Below are positions 1-9,837 of a stretch of DNA of 64,000 bases, piece after piece. The position numbers were made by a program, and so were the translations under genes. The stretch's first letter is position 1. Each line of letters starts with the position of its first letter. The DNA comes from a virus: IMG/VR virus record IMGVR_UViG_3300028394_002659; one strand, 5' to 3'. The notes below the pieces were generated by a model. That model saw only the letters and a list, made by a program, of their open reading frames with translations. It was not told the DNA's origin and searched no databases.

Positions 1-2
1 CT

Positions 3-3000
3 TATCACACCTGATCCATTGATCACATTGGCTCGGTTGGCAGTGACAAACACATTGCTGGCCTGTGATGAGTAAACTTTGACATTGGTGTTGGATGATG
101 TCACACTCACCGGAGTGGCACCTGCATTGGCACTGTTACCTGTTAGGTTAACTCCGTACAACACATCAGTGTTGGCCGTAGCATTGGTAAATGTATGACT
201 TGCTGTGGTCCAGTTGTTGGCTGGAATCACAATGGTGCCATCACCCCAGTTGATTGAGTAAGTTTCTGCGTACAAACTGCTGTTGGTTATCAGCACACCG
301 CCAGGGGTGTCCAACGTTGTTCGGTTGGCAGTGAACGATGGTATTGGAGTAGGCGTATACAATGTTATTGTGGTAGACGCTGTGCTGGTTGATCCTTTGG
401 CTCCATTGGCCACATTTCCATTGTAGGTTCCATTGGTGTTGTATGCGGTGTAGGTCACTGTGAATGTACCACCAGATACATTGCTGAATGTGTGTACAGC
501 GTTGGCTGTGGTTGCATTGGCAGTACCATCACCAAATTGCCACAAGTAAGCGTTGGGGTTACCGACGTAACGGCCTGTTAGTGCCACACTCAATGGACTT
601 GGTCCTGAACTCACGTTGGCAGTGATATAAGCGTTGCCCACATAGGTACTGTTGGCTATGTTCAGTGCCACTTGATTCAAGTCATCTAGGCCATCTGTGA
701 CAAAAGTTGCTGTGGTCCAACCTGGGTAGGCCACGTTTTGTACAAGATTACCATCTGTTGGTGTACCCAGTGTTATTGTGTTACCTTGACCACCGGCGGC
801 AATAACACCAGTTAGAGCAGAACCATTGCCAAGGAAATAATTACCAGAAATATTACCAGTTGCTGAAACTATTCCGGCTGTTAATATGTTGCCACCGGTT
901 ATGTTGGCTGTGGCACTGATAACACCACCTGTCAGCAAATTTCCACCGGTTACATTAGCAGTTAAACTTACACTTGTACCAGTTGCCGCGCCAATATTTG
1001 GCGTTGTGAGATTGGCACTGGCCTTGACAATAATATTGCCTGATCCATCAAACGCTGTGGTGTTGTTGTCCACCAAGGCATTGAATTGCGATCCCACAAG
1101 GCTTAGGCCAGCACTGTTGTTGGCAGTATAACTGCCGGCACTGGAGAATTGTGTCCAAACAATAGCGGTTGTGCCAATTACCACCGGCGCATTTGTAGTA
1201 CACACATATCCAGAATCGGCATTGACTGAGCCCAACTCAACAAAAACAAATGCTCCAGGTACTTCGGCAGCCTGATTCATGTCGGCAGAACGAGTCAATA
1301 CGTATGAGGATCCTGCATCGTTGGCGGTGACTGTATAGATACCGTTGTATGGAGCATTACCACCAGTTTCATTCTTGATCAACACTCGATCACCAACTGT
1401 GGGTGAGGTTCCATCAATAGTTAATAAGCCTGAGGCAGATCCAGTTATGGTTGCACCAACTCCGGCAGTTCCGTTGTTGTAGGTATAAGCAGGTAGTGTG
1501 GTGGCTGTGGCCAAAGAAACGGATGCTTTGGGATCAAGTCCTTGCGCCACATTGTCAACATAGGCTTTGGTTGCGGCATCTTGGTCTTGCACCGGGTCAG
1601 CAAGATTTCTAATAATTTTATTGCTGACCAGAATATTTCCAACGGAGTTTAACGTCAAATCACCATTGGTAGCAATTGTCAATGAGACGCCAACTATACT
1701 ATTGGTGTTAATATTGCCGCCAGTGATATTGCCAGTTGCCGAAATCAATCCACCTGTTAGGACATTGCCACCAGTTATGTTAGCGGCACTAGTGATAGTA
1801 CCGGTTGCAGATATCAATCCACCTGTTAGGACATTGCCACCAGTAATATTTGCCGCACTGGTGATTGTTGATGTAGCACTGATTAATCCACCAGTTAGTA
1901 AGTTGCCGCTGATAATATTACCAGTTGCTGTGATTAAACCTGCGGTTTGTAAATTACCAACAGTTGCATTGCCAGTTGCTGTGATTAGTCCGGCGGTAAT
2001 TAAGTTGCCACCAGTAATATTGGCTGCCGAAGTAATGGTTGAAGTAGCACTGATTAGGCCACCGCTAAGTAAATTACCAGTTGTGGTATTGCCGCTAACA
2101 CTTAAACTTGTTAATATGCCAACACTTGTAATATTGGCTTGTGCATTGTTTGTTACTGTTCCTGCTGAATCAGCATAGGTAGCATTGGCCACGGTGCCTG
2201 TTACGTTGGCACCAGTTAAACTTGTTAACCCAGCACCATTGCCAATGAACACATTGCCTTGGATGTTGCCTATTGCTGATATTAGCCCACCAGTTAATAC
2301 ATTACCACCAATTATGTTGGCAGCACTGGTAATAGTCGATGTGGCTGATATAAGACCAGCAGTTAAAACGTTGCCGCCGGTAACATTGCCACTTGCACTC
2401 AATACGCCAGTGATGTATTCTCCAGTTGTGGCAAACACAGCAACATTTGCTGTTCCTCCGACTCCAACAGTGATGTTGCCACCCGAACTCACAACGGTAA
2501 CATTACTTGTGCCATTATTAATATTGGCAACGCTTGTGATAACGCCGGTCAACAGCGCACCATTACCGAGAATATAGTTACCACTTACATTGCCTACAGC
2601 ACTTATCAATCCGCCTGTTATAACATTGCCACCAGTTACATTCGAAGTTGTTGTTACAGGGCCAGTTAAGCTGACCAGGTTGCCAGAATATGTTGGCAAG
2701 TAATTGGCCACATCGGTATTTGAGTATCCTGCTGGTAAGCCAGTAATTAGAGCACCATTGCCCAGCAAATAGTTGCCGGCAATGTTGCCAGTGGCACTTA
2801 CTTGTCCAGTAATGTAGGCACCAGTAGGGGCAAAAACCGCAACATTACTAGTTCCAGTTACACCAACTGTGACATTACCGTTTGCATTGACTGTGACGTT
2901 GCTGTTGCCGTTTGTGATTGCGGCGCCAGCACTTGCTATAATACCTGTCAGTTGCGAGCCGTTACCAATGAAGTAATTGCCTGTGACATTGCCAGTGGTC

Positions 3001-5189
3001 CTAATGTTACCAACTGCACTTATTGTACCACCAGTGAGTAAATTCCCAGTTTGAGTATTACCAGTCACGCTTAGATTTGCCAGTACGCCAACTTCGCTTG
3101 CTTGTATTCCAGTCAGTTGACGACCATTACCAATAAAGTAATTTGTGGTTGTAATGTTGCCAGTAGCACTCACCACTCCAGCAGTTAATAAGTTGCCACC
3201 GGTGGCATTGCCAGTGACAGTAACTGAAGTTAAGGTGCCAACTGAGGTAATGTTGGGTTGTGCCGCCGTGGTCACTGTGCCTGCTGTGGTTGCCGATCCA
3301 GCGGTAACAGCGTAGGTAGCATTGGCCACGGTACCCGTGACATTGGCACCTGCTACGGTGTTTGCTGTATTAGCGTAGGTGGCTGTGGTTGCGGTGCCAG
3401 CGGTTACGGCATAGGTGGCATTGGCCACAGAGCCTGTGATATTTCCGCCTGGTATATTGGTTAGACCGGCACCTGATCCAATAAACCGCCCAGTGGTAGT
3501 GATATTACCAACAACGTCTAAGTATAATAAATCATCTACAACTTTTAAACTTGAATACAATACATTAGAACTTAGTACATCACCAATCAATGCGTTGGCA
3601 TTGACATTTGTTGCAGACACCCCTGTTAGTAATGCGCCGTTACCAATAAAGTAATTGCCAGTTATGTTTCCAACGGCACTGATTTTACCGCCAGTTAGTA
3701 TATTTCCTGCGGTGGTATTGCCTGACACCGCAACCGATGTCAAGGTACCAACTGAAGTTATATTAGGTTGTGCGGCAGTAGTTACTGTACCTGCGGTAGT
3801 GGCAGTTGTTGCTGTGGTAGCACTACCAGCGGTAGTAGCATAAGTGGCATTGGCCACGGTGCCAGATACATTTGCACCAGCCACAGCATTTGCCGTATTG
3901 GCATATGTGGCAGTATTGGCGGTATTAGCACTGGTGGCACTACCAGCGATAGTAGCGTAGGTAGCATTGGCCACAGTACCTGTGACATTGGCTCCTGCGA
4001 CCGAATATGCTGTACCTGCTATGTTAGCATAGGTGGCATTGGCCACCGACCCTACTATATTAGCACCCAGTAGGTTGGTTAAGCCGGCACCCGAACCGAT
4101 AAATCTGCCTTGAGTAGTTACATTACCAACCACATCCAAATACAGTAGATCATCTACTACTTGCAGACTTGAGTATAATACATTTGAACTGAGTGTGGTT
4201 CCCACCAAAGCATTGGCATTCACACCCGAAGTTGATATACCAGTTAGTAATGCACCGTTACCAATAAAGTAATTGCCAGTGATATTACCAGTTGCAGTCA
4301 ACGAAGTCAGTGTACCAACTGAAGTAATGTTTGGTTGTGCATTGGTATACACTGTGCCTGCTATGGCGGCGTTGGCAACTTGTCCAGTAACATTGGCTGC
4401 TGGTATATTTGTTAACCCTGCACCAGATCCAATAAATCTACCCTGAGTTGTTACATTACCAACCACATCTAGATACAGTAGATCATCTACAACTTGCAGA
4501 CTTGAGTATAATACATTGGAACTGAGTGTGGTTCCAGTCAGCGCCGCGGCTGCAATATTGGTTGCGGTTATGCCTGTTAAGAAAGCACCATTGCCAATAA
4601 AATAATTACCAGCAACATTGGCGGTGGTGGTTATGTTGCCAACAGCAGAAATGCGGCCTGAACTGATTAAGTTGTTGCCGGTAATGTTGGCCACACTTGT
4701 GATATTGCCAGTCACTCCCAAGAAGCCGCCGGTAATGACATTACCAGCCACAACGTTGGCTGTGGTTATAACTGGGCCAGTTAAGCTAACAAGATTACCA
4801 GTATATGTGGGCAAGAAGGCTGCTACATTGGCATTGTTATACGTGGTATTAGCCACAATTCCAGTGATTAATGCACCGTTACCAACTAGGTAATCACCAT
4901 AGATATATTGAAATGTTCTGTCCGGGGCGCCAAGATCGTAAACACCTGATGTGCCAGGAACAATGGTACTATTGGCTTGTATGTTGCCAATACCGTTGCC
5001 GGCCAGAGTTAGCCCTAGATTAGTAACTGTGGTAGTAACTATGTTGCCAGAGATTTTTACTTGACTGCCAACCGGACCGGCAGTCCAGATCTGCGTAAAA
5101 TTGTCATTTACTGCGGTAAATGCTTCGCGTAAGGGCTCACCTGTGCCATCGTTGGCATTTGCCCCTACATCTATTATCTGTTGTGTCAT
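3..5189 (-). CDS. Large tail fibre / baseplate-attached fibre protein (3' end outside window), gp9/gp10-like N-terminus, beta-repeat shaft, PKD-like domain
   Basis: Missing from the ORF track, consistent with no stop inside the window. ATG at 5189 reads MTQQIIDVGANANDGTGEPLREAFTAVNDNFTQIW (gp9/10-type attachment motif). The same frame reads as protein at the window edge (...VFVTANRANVINGSGVI). Many TGNITGGN repeats; YLWQFGDG...HTFSN PKD-like segment near 400-560. TAAATA box and AGAGG upstream. Confidence 0.85.
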   Translation of the reverse strand, partial: MTQQIIDVGANANDGTGEPLREAFTAVNDNFTQIWTAGPVGSQVKISGNIVTTTVTNLGLTLAGNGIGNIQANSTIVPGTSGVYDLGAPDRTFQYIYGDYLVGNGALITGIVANTTYNNANVAAFLPTYTGNLVSLTGPVITTANVVAGNVITGGFLGVTGNITSVANITGNNLISSGRISAVGNITTTANVAGNYFIGNGAFLTGITATNIAAAALTGTTLSSNVLYSSLQVVDDLLYLDVVGNVTTQGRFIGSGAGLTNIPAANVTGQVANAAIAGTVYTNAQPNITSVGTLTSLTATGNITGNYFIGNGALLTGISTSGVNANALVGTTLSSNVLYSSLQVVDDLLYLDVVGNVTTQGRFIGSGAGLTNLLGANIVGSVANATYANIAGTAYSVAGANVTGTVANATYATIAGSATSANTANTATYANTANAVAGANVSGTVANATYATTAGSATTATTATTAGTVTTAAQPNITSVGTLTSVAVSGNTTAGNILTGGKISAVGNITGNYFIGNGALLTGVSATNVNANALIGDVLSSNVLYSSLKVVDDLLYLDVVGNITTTGRFIGSGAGLTNIPGGNITGSVANATYAVTAGTATTATYANTANTVAGANVTGTVANATYAVTAGSATTAGTVTTAAQPNITSVGTLTSVTVTGNATGGNLLTAGVVSATGNITTTNYFIGNGRQLTGIQASEVGVLANLSVTGNTQTGNLLTGGTISAVGNIRTTGNVTGNYFIGNGSQLTGIIASAGAAITNGNSNVTVNANGNVTVGVTGTSNVAVFAPTGAYITGQVSATGNIAGNYLLGNGALITGLPAGYSNTDVANYLPTYSGNLVSLTGPVTTTSNVTGGNVITGGLISAVGNVSGNYILGNGALLTGVITSVANINNGTSNVTVVSSGGNITVGVGGTANVAVFATTGEYITGVLSASGNVTGGNVLTAGLISATSTITSAANIIGGNVLTGGLISAIGNIQGNVFIGNGAGLTSLTGANVTGTVANATYADSAGTVTNNAQANITSVGILTSLSVSGNTTTGNLLSGGLISATSTITSAANITGGNLITAGLITATGNATVGNLQTAGLITATGNIISGNLLTGGLISATSTITSAANITGGNVLTGGLISATGTITSAANITGGNVLTGGLISATGNITGGNINTNSIVGVSLTIATNGDLTLNSVGNILVSNKIIRNLADPVQDQDAATKAYVDNVAQGLDPKASVSLATATTLPAYTYNNGTAGVGATITGSASGLLTIDGTSPTVGDRVLIKNETGGNAPYNGIYTVTANDAGSSYVLTRSADMNQAAEVPGAFVFVELGSVNADSGYVCTTNAPVVIGTTAIVWTQFSSAGSYTANNSAGLSLVGSQFNALVDNNTTAFDGSGNIIVKASANLTTPNIGAATGTSVSLTANVTGGNLLTGGVISATANITGGNILTAGIVSATGNISGNYFLGNGSALTGVIAAGGQGNTITLGTPTDGNLVQNVAYPGWTTATFVTDGLDDLNQVALNIANSTYVGNAYITANVSSGPSPLSVALTGRYVGNPNAYLWQFGDGTANATTANAVHTFSNVSGGTFTVTYTAYNTNGTYNGNVANGAKGSTSTASTTITLYTPTPIPSFTANRTTLDTPGGVLITNSSLYAETYSINWGDGTIVIPANNWTTASHTFTNATANTDVLYGVNLTGNSANAGATPVSVTSSNTNVKVYSSQASNVFVTANRANVINGSGVI

Positions 5190-5244
5190 AGGTAAACCAT
5201 ATCCTCTGGGGTATTTACCTAAACCCCACAGTCTAAGTTTTTGG

Positions 5245-5829
5245 CTATATTTCTTTGTTTACTAGACGATTTTGAAAATCTGCCATTTGCATGTGTGCTA
5301 GATTGGCTACCCCTAACAATTCACGTACCTCTGCAGTGGTATCTCCCACTACTCTAAAGAAACTAGTCTTGGGATGGTCTTTCATTATGGTTTGTAACTG
5401 TCTGACCCAGTTGCCAGTAAAAGTGGGATTGGCAGAACTTTTTTTGTAGAACTCTGTGTCAGCATAGCAGTTATTAAATCTGCCAGTGCGTGTAGGACCT
5501 AGGTCAAATCCTATTAGATATATAGCCGTTGCCCCATCAATTGCGGCTTGTGATACCGCTACAGGTCCAGAACTGTAGCCAAAGTATTTTTGTGCTATTC
5601 GTCTTGCGCCAGAGTCTGGCAATGGCTTGCGTGTGTAATAAGTGTTTTTCTGGCTATAGCCTTCGTGCTGAATTCTTTCACTTATGGGGGTGTCTGTGCT
5701 GATCAACACATCGGGCACAAACTCACGATAGATAGCATTGCACCCATAGGTGATTCCTAGTGTTTTCAACGTTGTTAAATCTACTGCTTGTCGGCTTATG
5801 CCGTTACCTAACACAAATGCTGCGGCCAT
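5245..5829 (-). CDS. DUF115/MptE-like or sialyltransferase-fold protein (putative glycan-related enzyme)
   Basis: AFVLGNGISR, YGCNAIY..FVPDVLISTD and IYLIGFD motifs typical of this fold; GGAGG SD. Confidence 0.55.
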   Translation of the reverse strand: MAAAFVLGNGISRQAVDLTTLKTLGITYGCNAIYREFVPDVLISTDTPISERIQHEGYSQKNTYYTRKPLPDSGARRIAQKYFGYSSGPVAVSQAAIDGATAIYLIGFDLGPTRTGRFNNCYADTEFYKKSSANPTFTGNWVRQLQTIMKDHPKTSFFRVVGDTTAEVRELLGVANLAHMQMADFQNRLVNKEI

Positions 5830-5863
5830 AAAAAAATCCTCCCAGTATATAGCCAGGAGGATT
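5830..5863 (-). terminator. Intrinsic terminator after the 5879-6718 gene; the stem includes the SD of the next gene
   Basis: AATCCTCC/GGAGGATT stem followed by a T-run on the minus strand. Confidence 0.65.
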
Positions 5864-5878
5864 GTTGGGGGTTACAAA

Positions 5879-6718
5879 TTAACTTGTAACGCTGGCAATC
5901 TGTGCCAATTGCAATGTACCGTTTTGTGCTTGAGCACTAGAAATAACTTCTGCACCAGACCATGTGACATTACCTTCATCAGTAAAGAAGTTTGTTACGT
6001 AGAAGTTTTCACTAGATTGTACGTTTGTGCCAAGATTAGCGTTAGCATAGCTGGCAGTTGTCATACCGTTCCAGTCACGTACCCACTTGTTAGTAATGTA
6101 ACTAGCATATACTGCGCTCGAGTCGCCCACCGAGTAAGCAATGCTCATGTAACCAGATGCCGGAGTGGCGGTGTTAGACAACACACACTGACCGACTGGG
6201 TATGCTGTGCCTGATCCAGAACCGATAGCAGTAACAGTAAATACGTCGCCAACTGCGGCGCCGTTTGGTGCACCACATGCTTGCCAATTTGTTGTTCCAA
6301 GAACGGCAATTTGATAGGCTTGACCAATGATCATGTCTTCATCAGCAGTGGTTGCGTATGTGTATGCAACCAGAAACTTGTGTGAACCTTTTTGGCGGAT
6401 AATACGACCTGTATATTGACTAGCAAGAGCATATGTGGCAGTACCGTCTGCCAGGGTAATGTTTACTTTTGCGGCAATTTCTGGAAATGTTGCGCTGGCA
6501 GTGCTGGTAGCAGGTGAGCCACCAACCACACCCAAGAACTGAGTGCTATCTAGTGTTTGAACTGGTGTGTTGTAAACTGGATCTGTTAACGATCCAAAGT
6601 TAGGAAAACCAGCGTCTGTCAAGACGTTTTGGTTGTATGAGGTAACCACTGGATCAGATCCAGAAACAGTGGTTCCAGAACCAATGTTTGTTTTTTGTAT
6701 TTTAAGAGCTCTTCCCAT
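5879..6718 (-). CDS. Probable virion structural/decoration protein
   Basis: True start is probably MGRALKIQK at 6718 (AAGGAG SD); Thr/Ser/Gly-rich; late promoter box at 6804-6809. Confidence 0.65.
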   Translation of the reverse strand: MGRALKIQKTNIGSGTTVSGSDPVVTSYNQNVLTDAGFPNFGSLTDPVYNTPVQTLDSTQFLGVVGGSPATSTASATFPEIAAKVNITLADGTATYALASQYTGRIIRQKGSHKFLVAYTYATTADEDMIIGQAYQIAVLGTTNWQACGAPNGAAVGDVFTVTAIGSGSGTAYPVGQCVLSNTATPASGYMSIAYSVGDSSAVYASYITNKWVRDWNGMTTASYANANLGTNVQSSENFYVTNFFTDEGNVTWSGAEVISSAQAQNGTLQLAQIASVTS

Positions 6719-6800
6719 TTGATTTCTCCTTATAGAAGCCCAATGTGCGTTCCAGGCACTACGCAGGGGAAACCTGCATAAAACACCGTATTGTGTTGAC
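6719..6800 (-). promoter_or_regulatory. Structured 5' leader (four hairpins; the last occludes the SD)
   Basis: AACAC/GUGUU, UAUGCAGG/CCUGCGUA, GUGC/GCAC and CUUC/GGAG stems on the minus strand between the TAAATA box and the ATG. Confidence 0.55.
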
Positions 6801-6852
6801 AAGTATTTAGCGAAAATGTAAAATAGAATGTCACCACAGCGTAAATATCCCT

Positions 6853-8007
6853 ATGAACCAACAACAAATAGATTTAATCGAACAAGGCAATCAACATCGT
6901 GCCAATCACGAACCTGAAAAATCACTAAAATGTTATGCACAGGTTTTAGTTGACGACCCCGATAATGCCGCGGCATTTTGTAACTATGGCAACGTCATGC
7001 GTGAGTTGGGTTATCCCAAACGTGCTATACCATTTTTACAACATTCTATTCTATTGGATCCTTCTAACATTACTGCACAGTTTAATTTAGCAGTGGCATA
7101 CCTGCTGACGGGTGACTATCAACGCGGGTGGGCGCAATACGAAACTCGTTGGCAATTTGAGCACTTGCAAGGTACTGAACCAAAATTCTCACAGCCACGC
7201 TGGCGTGGTGAAGATATTCGAGACAAAACTATTCTTGTGGTGGGCGAGCAAGGTCACGGAGACTGTGTTCAGTTTTCAAGATTTATTTTTAACTTGCATG
7301 CCATGGGTGCTCGAATCAAATTACAAGTCACCGACGGATTGATCCCGTTGCTGAGTCAGAGCAACATTATAGAACATGTGGGTAGATACAACGAAGACAT
7401 GGGCGAGTTTGATTACTGGGTTCCTATCATGAGTGTTCCTGGTATATTGGGCATCACATTAGATAACTTGCCACGAATGCAAAACTATCTTACTGCTACT
7501 CCGGCATTGACAAAAGCATGGCAAGATAGACTAGGTCCTAAAAAACGCATGCGGGTGGGTGTGAGTTGGAGTGGGCGCAAAGATTCTTGGATACATCAAC
7601 ACAAGAGTGTGCCGTTTCCGGTGATACTAGAAATGATTCAATCTAATCCTCAATACGAATGGATCAATCTACAAGTTGACGTGTCACCCGAAGAAGAGGC
7701 ACAGTTAAATCAAGTTGGTGTCACTGGATATCCTGGAACAATTGTTAGTTTTGCTGACACAGCCGCATTGATCATGCACATGGATGTGGTGATATCTGTT
7801 GACACTGCCATCAGTCATTTGAGTGGCGCACTAGGTAGACCCACCTGGGTGATGTTGAATCAGTACGGACAGGACTGGCGTTGGTTGTTGGATCGCAACA
7901 ATAGTCCTTGGTATCCTACTGCCACTTTGTTTAGACAACCCACACGCGGTGACTGGGCCAGTGTCACTAAAAAGATTGCTCAATACTTGTCATGGTATAA
8001 GGTTTAA
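6853..8007 (+). CDS. TPR-repeat + GT-B (GT9-like) glycosyltransferase
   Basis: N-terminal TPRs (AAFCNYGNVMRELG, AQFNLAVAYL); EQGHGD, GVSWSG, DVVISVDTAISHLSGALGRPTW and DWRW..R..SPWYP motifs. Confidence 0.85.
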   Translation: MNQQQIDLIEQGNQHRANHEPEKSLKCYAQVLVDDPDNAAAFCNYGNVMRELGYPKRAIPFLQHSILLDPSNITAQFNLAVAYLLTGDYQRGWAQYETRWQFEHLQGTEPKFSQPRWRGEDIRDKTILVVGEQGHGDCVQFSRFIFNLHAMGARIKLQVTDGLIPLLSQSNIIEHVGRYNEDMGEFDYWVPIMSVPGILGITLDNLPRMQNYLTATPALTKAWQDRLGPKKRMRVGVSWSGRKDSWIHQHKSVPFPVILEMIQSNPQYEWINLQVDVSPEEEAQLNQVGVTGYPGTIVSFADTAALIMHMDVVISVDTAISHLSGALGRPTWVMLNQYGQDWRWLLDRNNSPWYPTATLFRQPTRGDWASVTKKIAQYLSWYKV

Positions 8008-8905
8008 ATTGATCCATTTGAATCATAATTTTGTTTCTAAATTTTTCGCTATGAAAATATTGTTTGTTATGTTCCACTCGATCTAACACTCGATAATAAT
8101 CATCTAATATAGTTCCACTGAGAACCCATTGCTCCGTAAAATCAGCAATTTTTTGAAGTCTGACAGTAGAGTTAGTTTCATTATCCCACGACTCCCAGGG
8201 CACAATATCTCTAAACATATCTAGTCCTATATCCTGTAAAAATTTATTAACTCCTGGGCCACAGGCAATAATTGGAATTTGTCTAGCCATAAATGGTTTG
8301 CAAGTTTTTTCGCTTATCCATGATTGGTCTATTACTGTTTCAGTTACAAGATTCACTGCATACTGATTGTAAACTGCATGGCCAAGGCCATAAAATCCAT
8401 CATTCATTTGTCTATTCTCTAGACTTTCTCCCGGTAACACACGATAGTTAGCAAACGTATACATCATTTGATCTAATATATTTTTACGTTGAAATTCTTC
8501 AAACAAATATGTTCGATGAGGTCGAGTGTTATTGTTTAGGCACATAACTTTTTGTGTTTTATTTGAGCCGGCATCCATAACAAATCTAGGCCACCAAAGA
8601 TTTGCTCTCAAGCTGAACATCCATAAAAATATTGGGAAAAAATATACACCCGGTTTAGGTTGTAACCAAAATTCAAAATTGTTAGTCAATATTGGGTCTA
8701 TGTTGGTTGGTATTTTATTATCTGGATAAGGATTATGCGTTATATCTACAACTTGATTTTTCAAAGGGTGAGTAGATAGCAAGTTTAATGTTTCGTCACA
8801 GTTTTCAAAATCGTTGTCTGTTATTACTAATGTATCTTCTAACAACCATTGTGTAAGATAAGTTCGATTGGTATAAAAACGTTCAGGGTTTAAATGATAT
8901 ATCAT
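7967..8905 (-). CDS. Putative GT-B (GT10 fucosyltransferase-like) protein, AT-rich
   Basis: VNLVTET...ISEKTCKPF....IPII resembles the GT10 SEK motif; likely start MIYHL at 8905. Confidence 0.5.
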   Translation of the reverse strand: MIYHLNPERFYTNRTYLTQWLLEDTLVITDNDFENCDETLNLLSTHPLKNQVVDITHNPYPDNKIPTNIDPILTNNFEFWLQPKPGVYFFPIFLWMFSLRANLWWPRFVMDAGSNKTQKVMCLNNNTRPHRTYLFEEFQRKNILDQMMYTFANYRVLPGESLENRQMNDGFYGLGHAVYNQYAVNLVTETVIDQSWISEKTCKPFMARQIPIIACGPGVNKFLQDIGLDMFRDIVPWESWDNETNSTVRLQKIADFTEQWVLSGTILDDYYRVLDRVEHNKQYFHSEKFRNKIMIQMDQFKPYTMTSIEQSF

Positions 8906-8921
8906 TGAGTATATAGCCAAC

Positions 8922-8944
8922 AAAAAACCTGCTGACGCAGGTTT
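8922..8944 (-). terminator. Intrinsic terminator
   Basis: AAACCTGC-GTCA-GCAGG followed by TTTTTT on the minus strand. Confidence 0.7.
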
Positions 8945-8976
8945 CTTGCCTTCCCATCTCACGGTGAATTTTTTTC

Positions 8977-9738
8977 TTACAGAGTATTTAGTTTGAGTTT
9001 GCATTTGTCACCGTGAAAGCCGTTGTATCTTGCCTTGCTAGCCTGGATTCCACAATGTGGACAGATCTGTTTAGGCTGTTGAGTATAATGAGTTCCAGCG
9101 GCTTTTTGTGCCGCTACTGTTGCTGATAACTTTGCACCCATGCCTTCTGGTTTAGATTTACCTTTTGCCGCGTCTGACCGTATACGTTTTCCCTCTTCGC
9201 TCATTGGTCCTTTGGGTTTGCCTTTTGCAGATAGAGACATTTTTAATTTTGTTTCTTCACTATGAGTTTGTCCAGTTCTCCTTGCCGCTAGTGCCGCCTT
9301 CCATTCATCTGTTGGCTTAAACGGATTAGATGCTTTAGTTTCTCGAATTTTAATTTTTTGTGCTTCACTCATGGGCCTGCCTTTGTTATTAGCCTGGCGG
9401 CCAGACATTGTTGCACTATGCACCACTGAGAATTCCTTTTTAAGATTCTCGTAAACTCTTGCTGTAATCTTTGTTTCATACCGTTGAGTGCATTTACCGT
9501 TTCGTTTCATTCCATTTAATGCATAAATCATCTTTGCCTTTGCTTCACCAGTATGCATCTTAGTTAACAACCAGTGACATATAAAATGTTCTCTTGCTGT
9601 AAGATCTACAAGATTGTTTTTGTCATCTGTGCCGTTTAGGCTCTTAGGTATAATATGATGGCGTTCAGTATATCCATTAAGTTTACGTGTTCTAGCACGA
9701 TCTGTAATAGCAGTATACCAAATAGTATATTTATTCAT
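8977..9738 (-). CDS. Free-standing HNH homing endonuclease with NUMOD3-type repeats
   Basis: YTERHHIIPKSLNGTDDKNNLVDLTAREHFICHWLL HNH motif; HSEETKLKMS repeats; C-terminal CPHC. Confidence 0.9.
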   Translation of the reverse strand: MNKYTIWYTAITDRARTRKLNGYTERHHIIPKSLNGTDDKNNLVDLTAREHFICHWLLTKMHTGEAKAKMIYALNGMKRNGKCTQRYETKITARVYENLKKEFSVVHSATMSGRQANNKGRPMSEAQKIKIRETKASNPFKPTDEWKAALAARRTGQTHSEETKLKMSLSAKGKPKGPMSEEGKRIRSDAAKGKSKPEGMGAKLSATVAAQKAAGTHYTQQPKQICPHCGIQASKARYNGFHGDKCKLKLNTL

Positions 9739-9785
9739 ACTGTTATTTATCTCTAACTTTACTTTTACGTAAATATGTAGTCAAT

Positions 9786-9811
9786 AAAAAAACGCCCCGA
9801 AGGGCGTTTTT
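9786..9811 (-). terminator. Intrinsic terminator after the major capsid gene
   Basis: CGCCC-TTCG-GGGCG followed by T7; cUUCGg loop typical of T4-like terminators. Confidence 0.9.
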
Positions 9812-9837
9812 GTATATCGTGTAGATAAGAATAGTTC

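Noticed and set aside
886-4893. Many short plus-strand ORFs rich in Pro/Val/Leu
   Set aside because: Antisense shadows of the repetitive minus-strand fibre gene; the same applies to short ORFs opposite other long genes.
6719-9004. Extended N-termini given by the ORF track (starts at 6802 and 9004)
   Set aside because: The extensions cover a structured leader or a terminator; better starts lie at 6718 and 8905.
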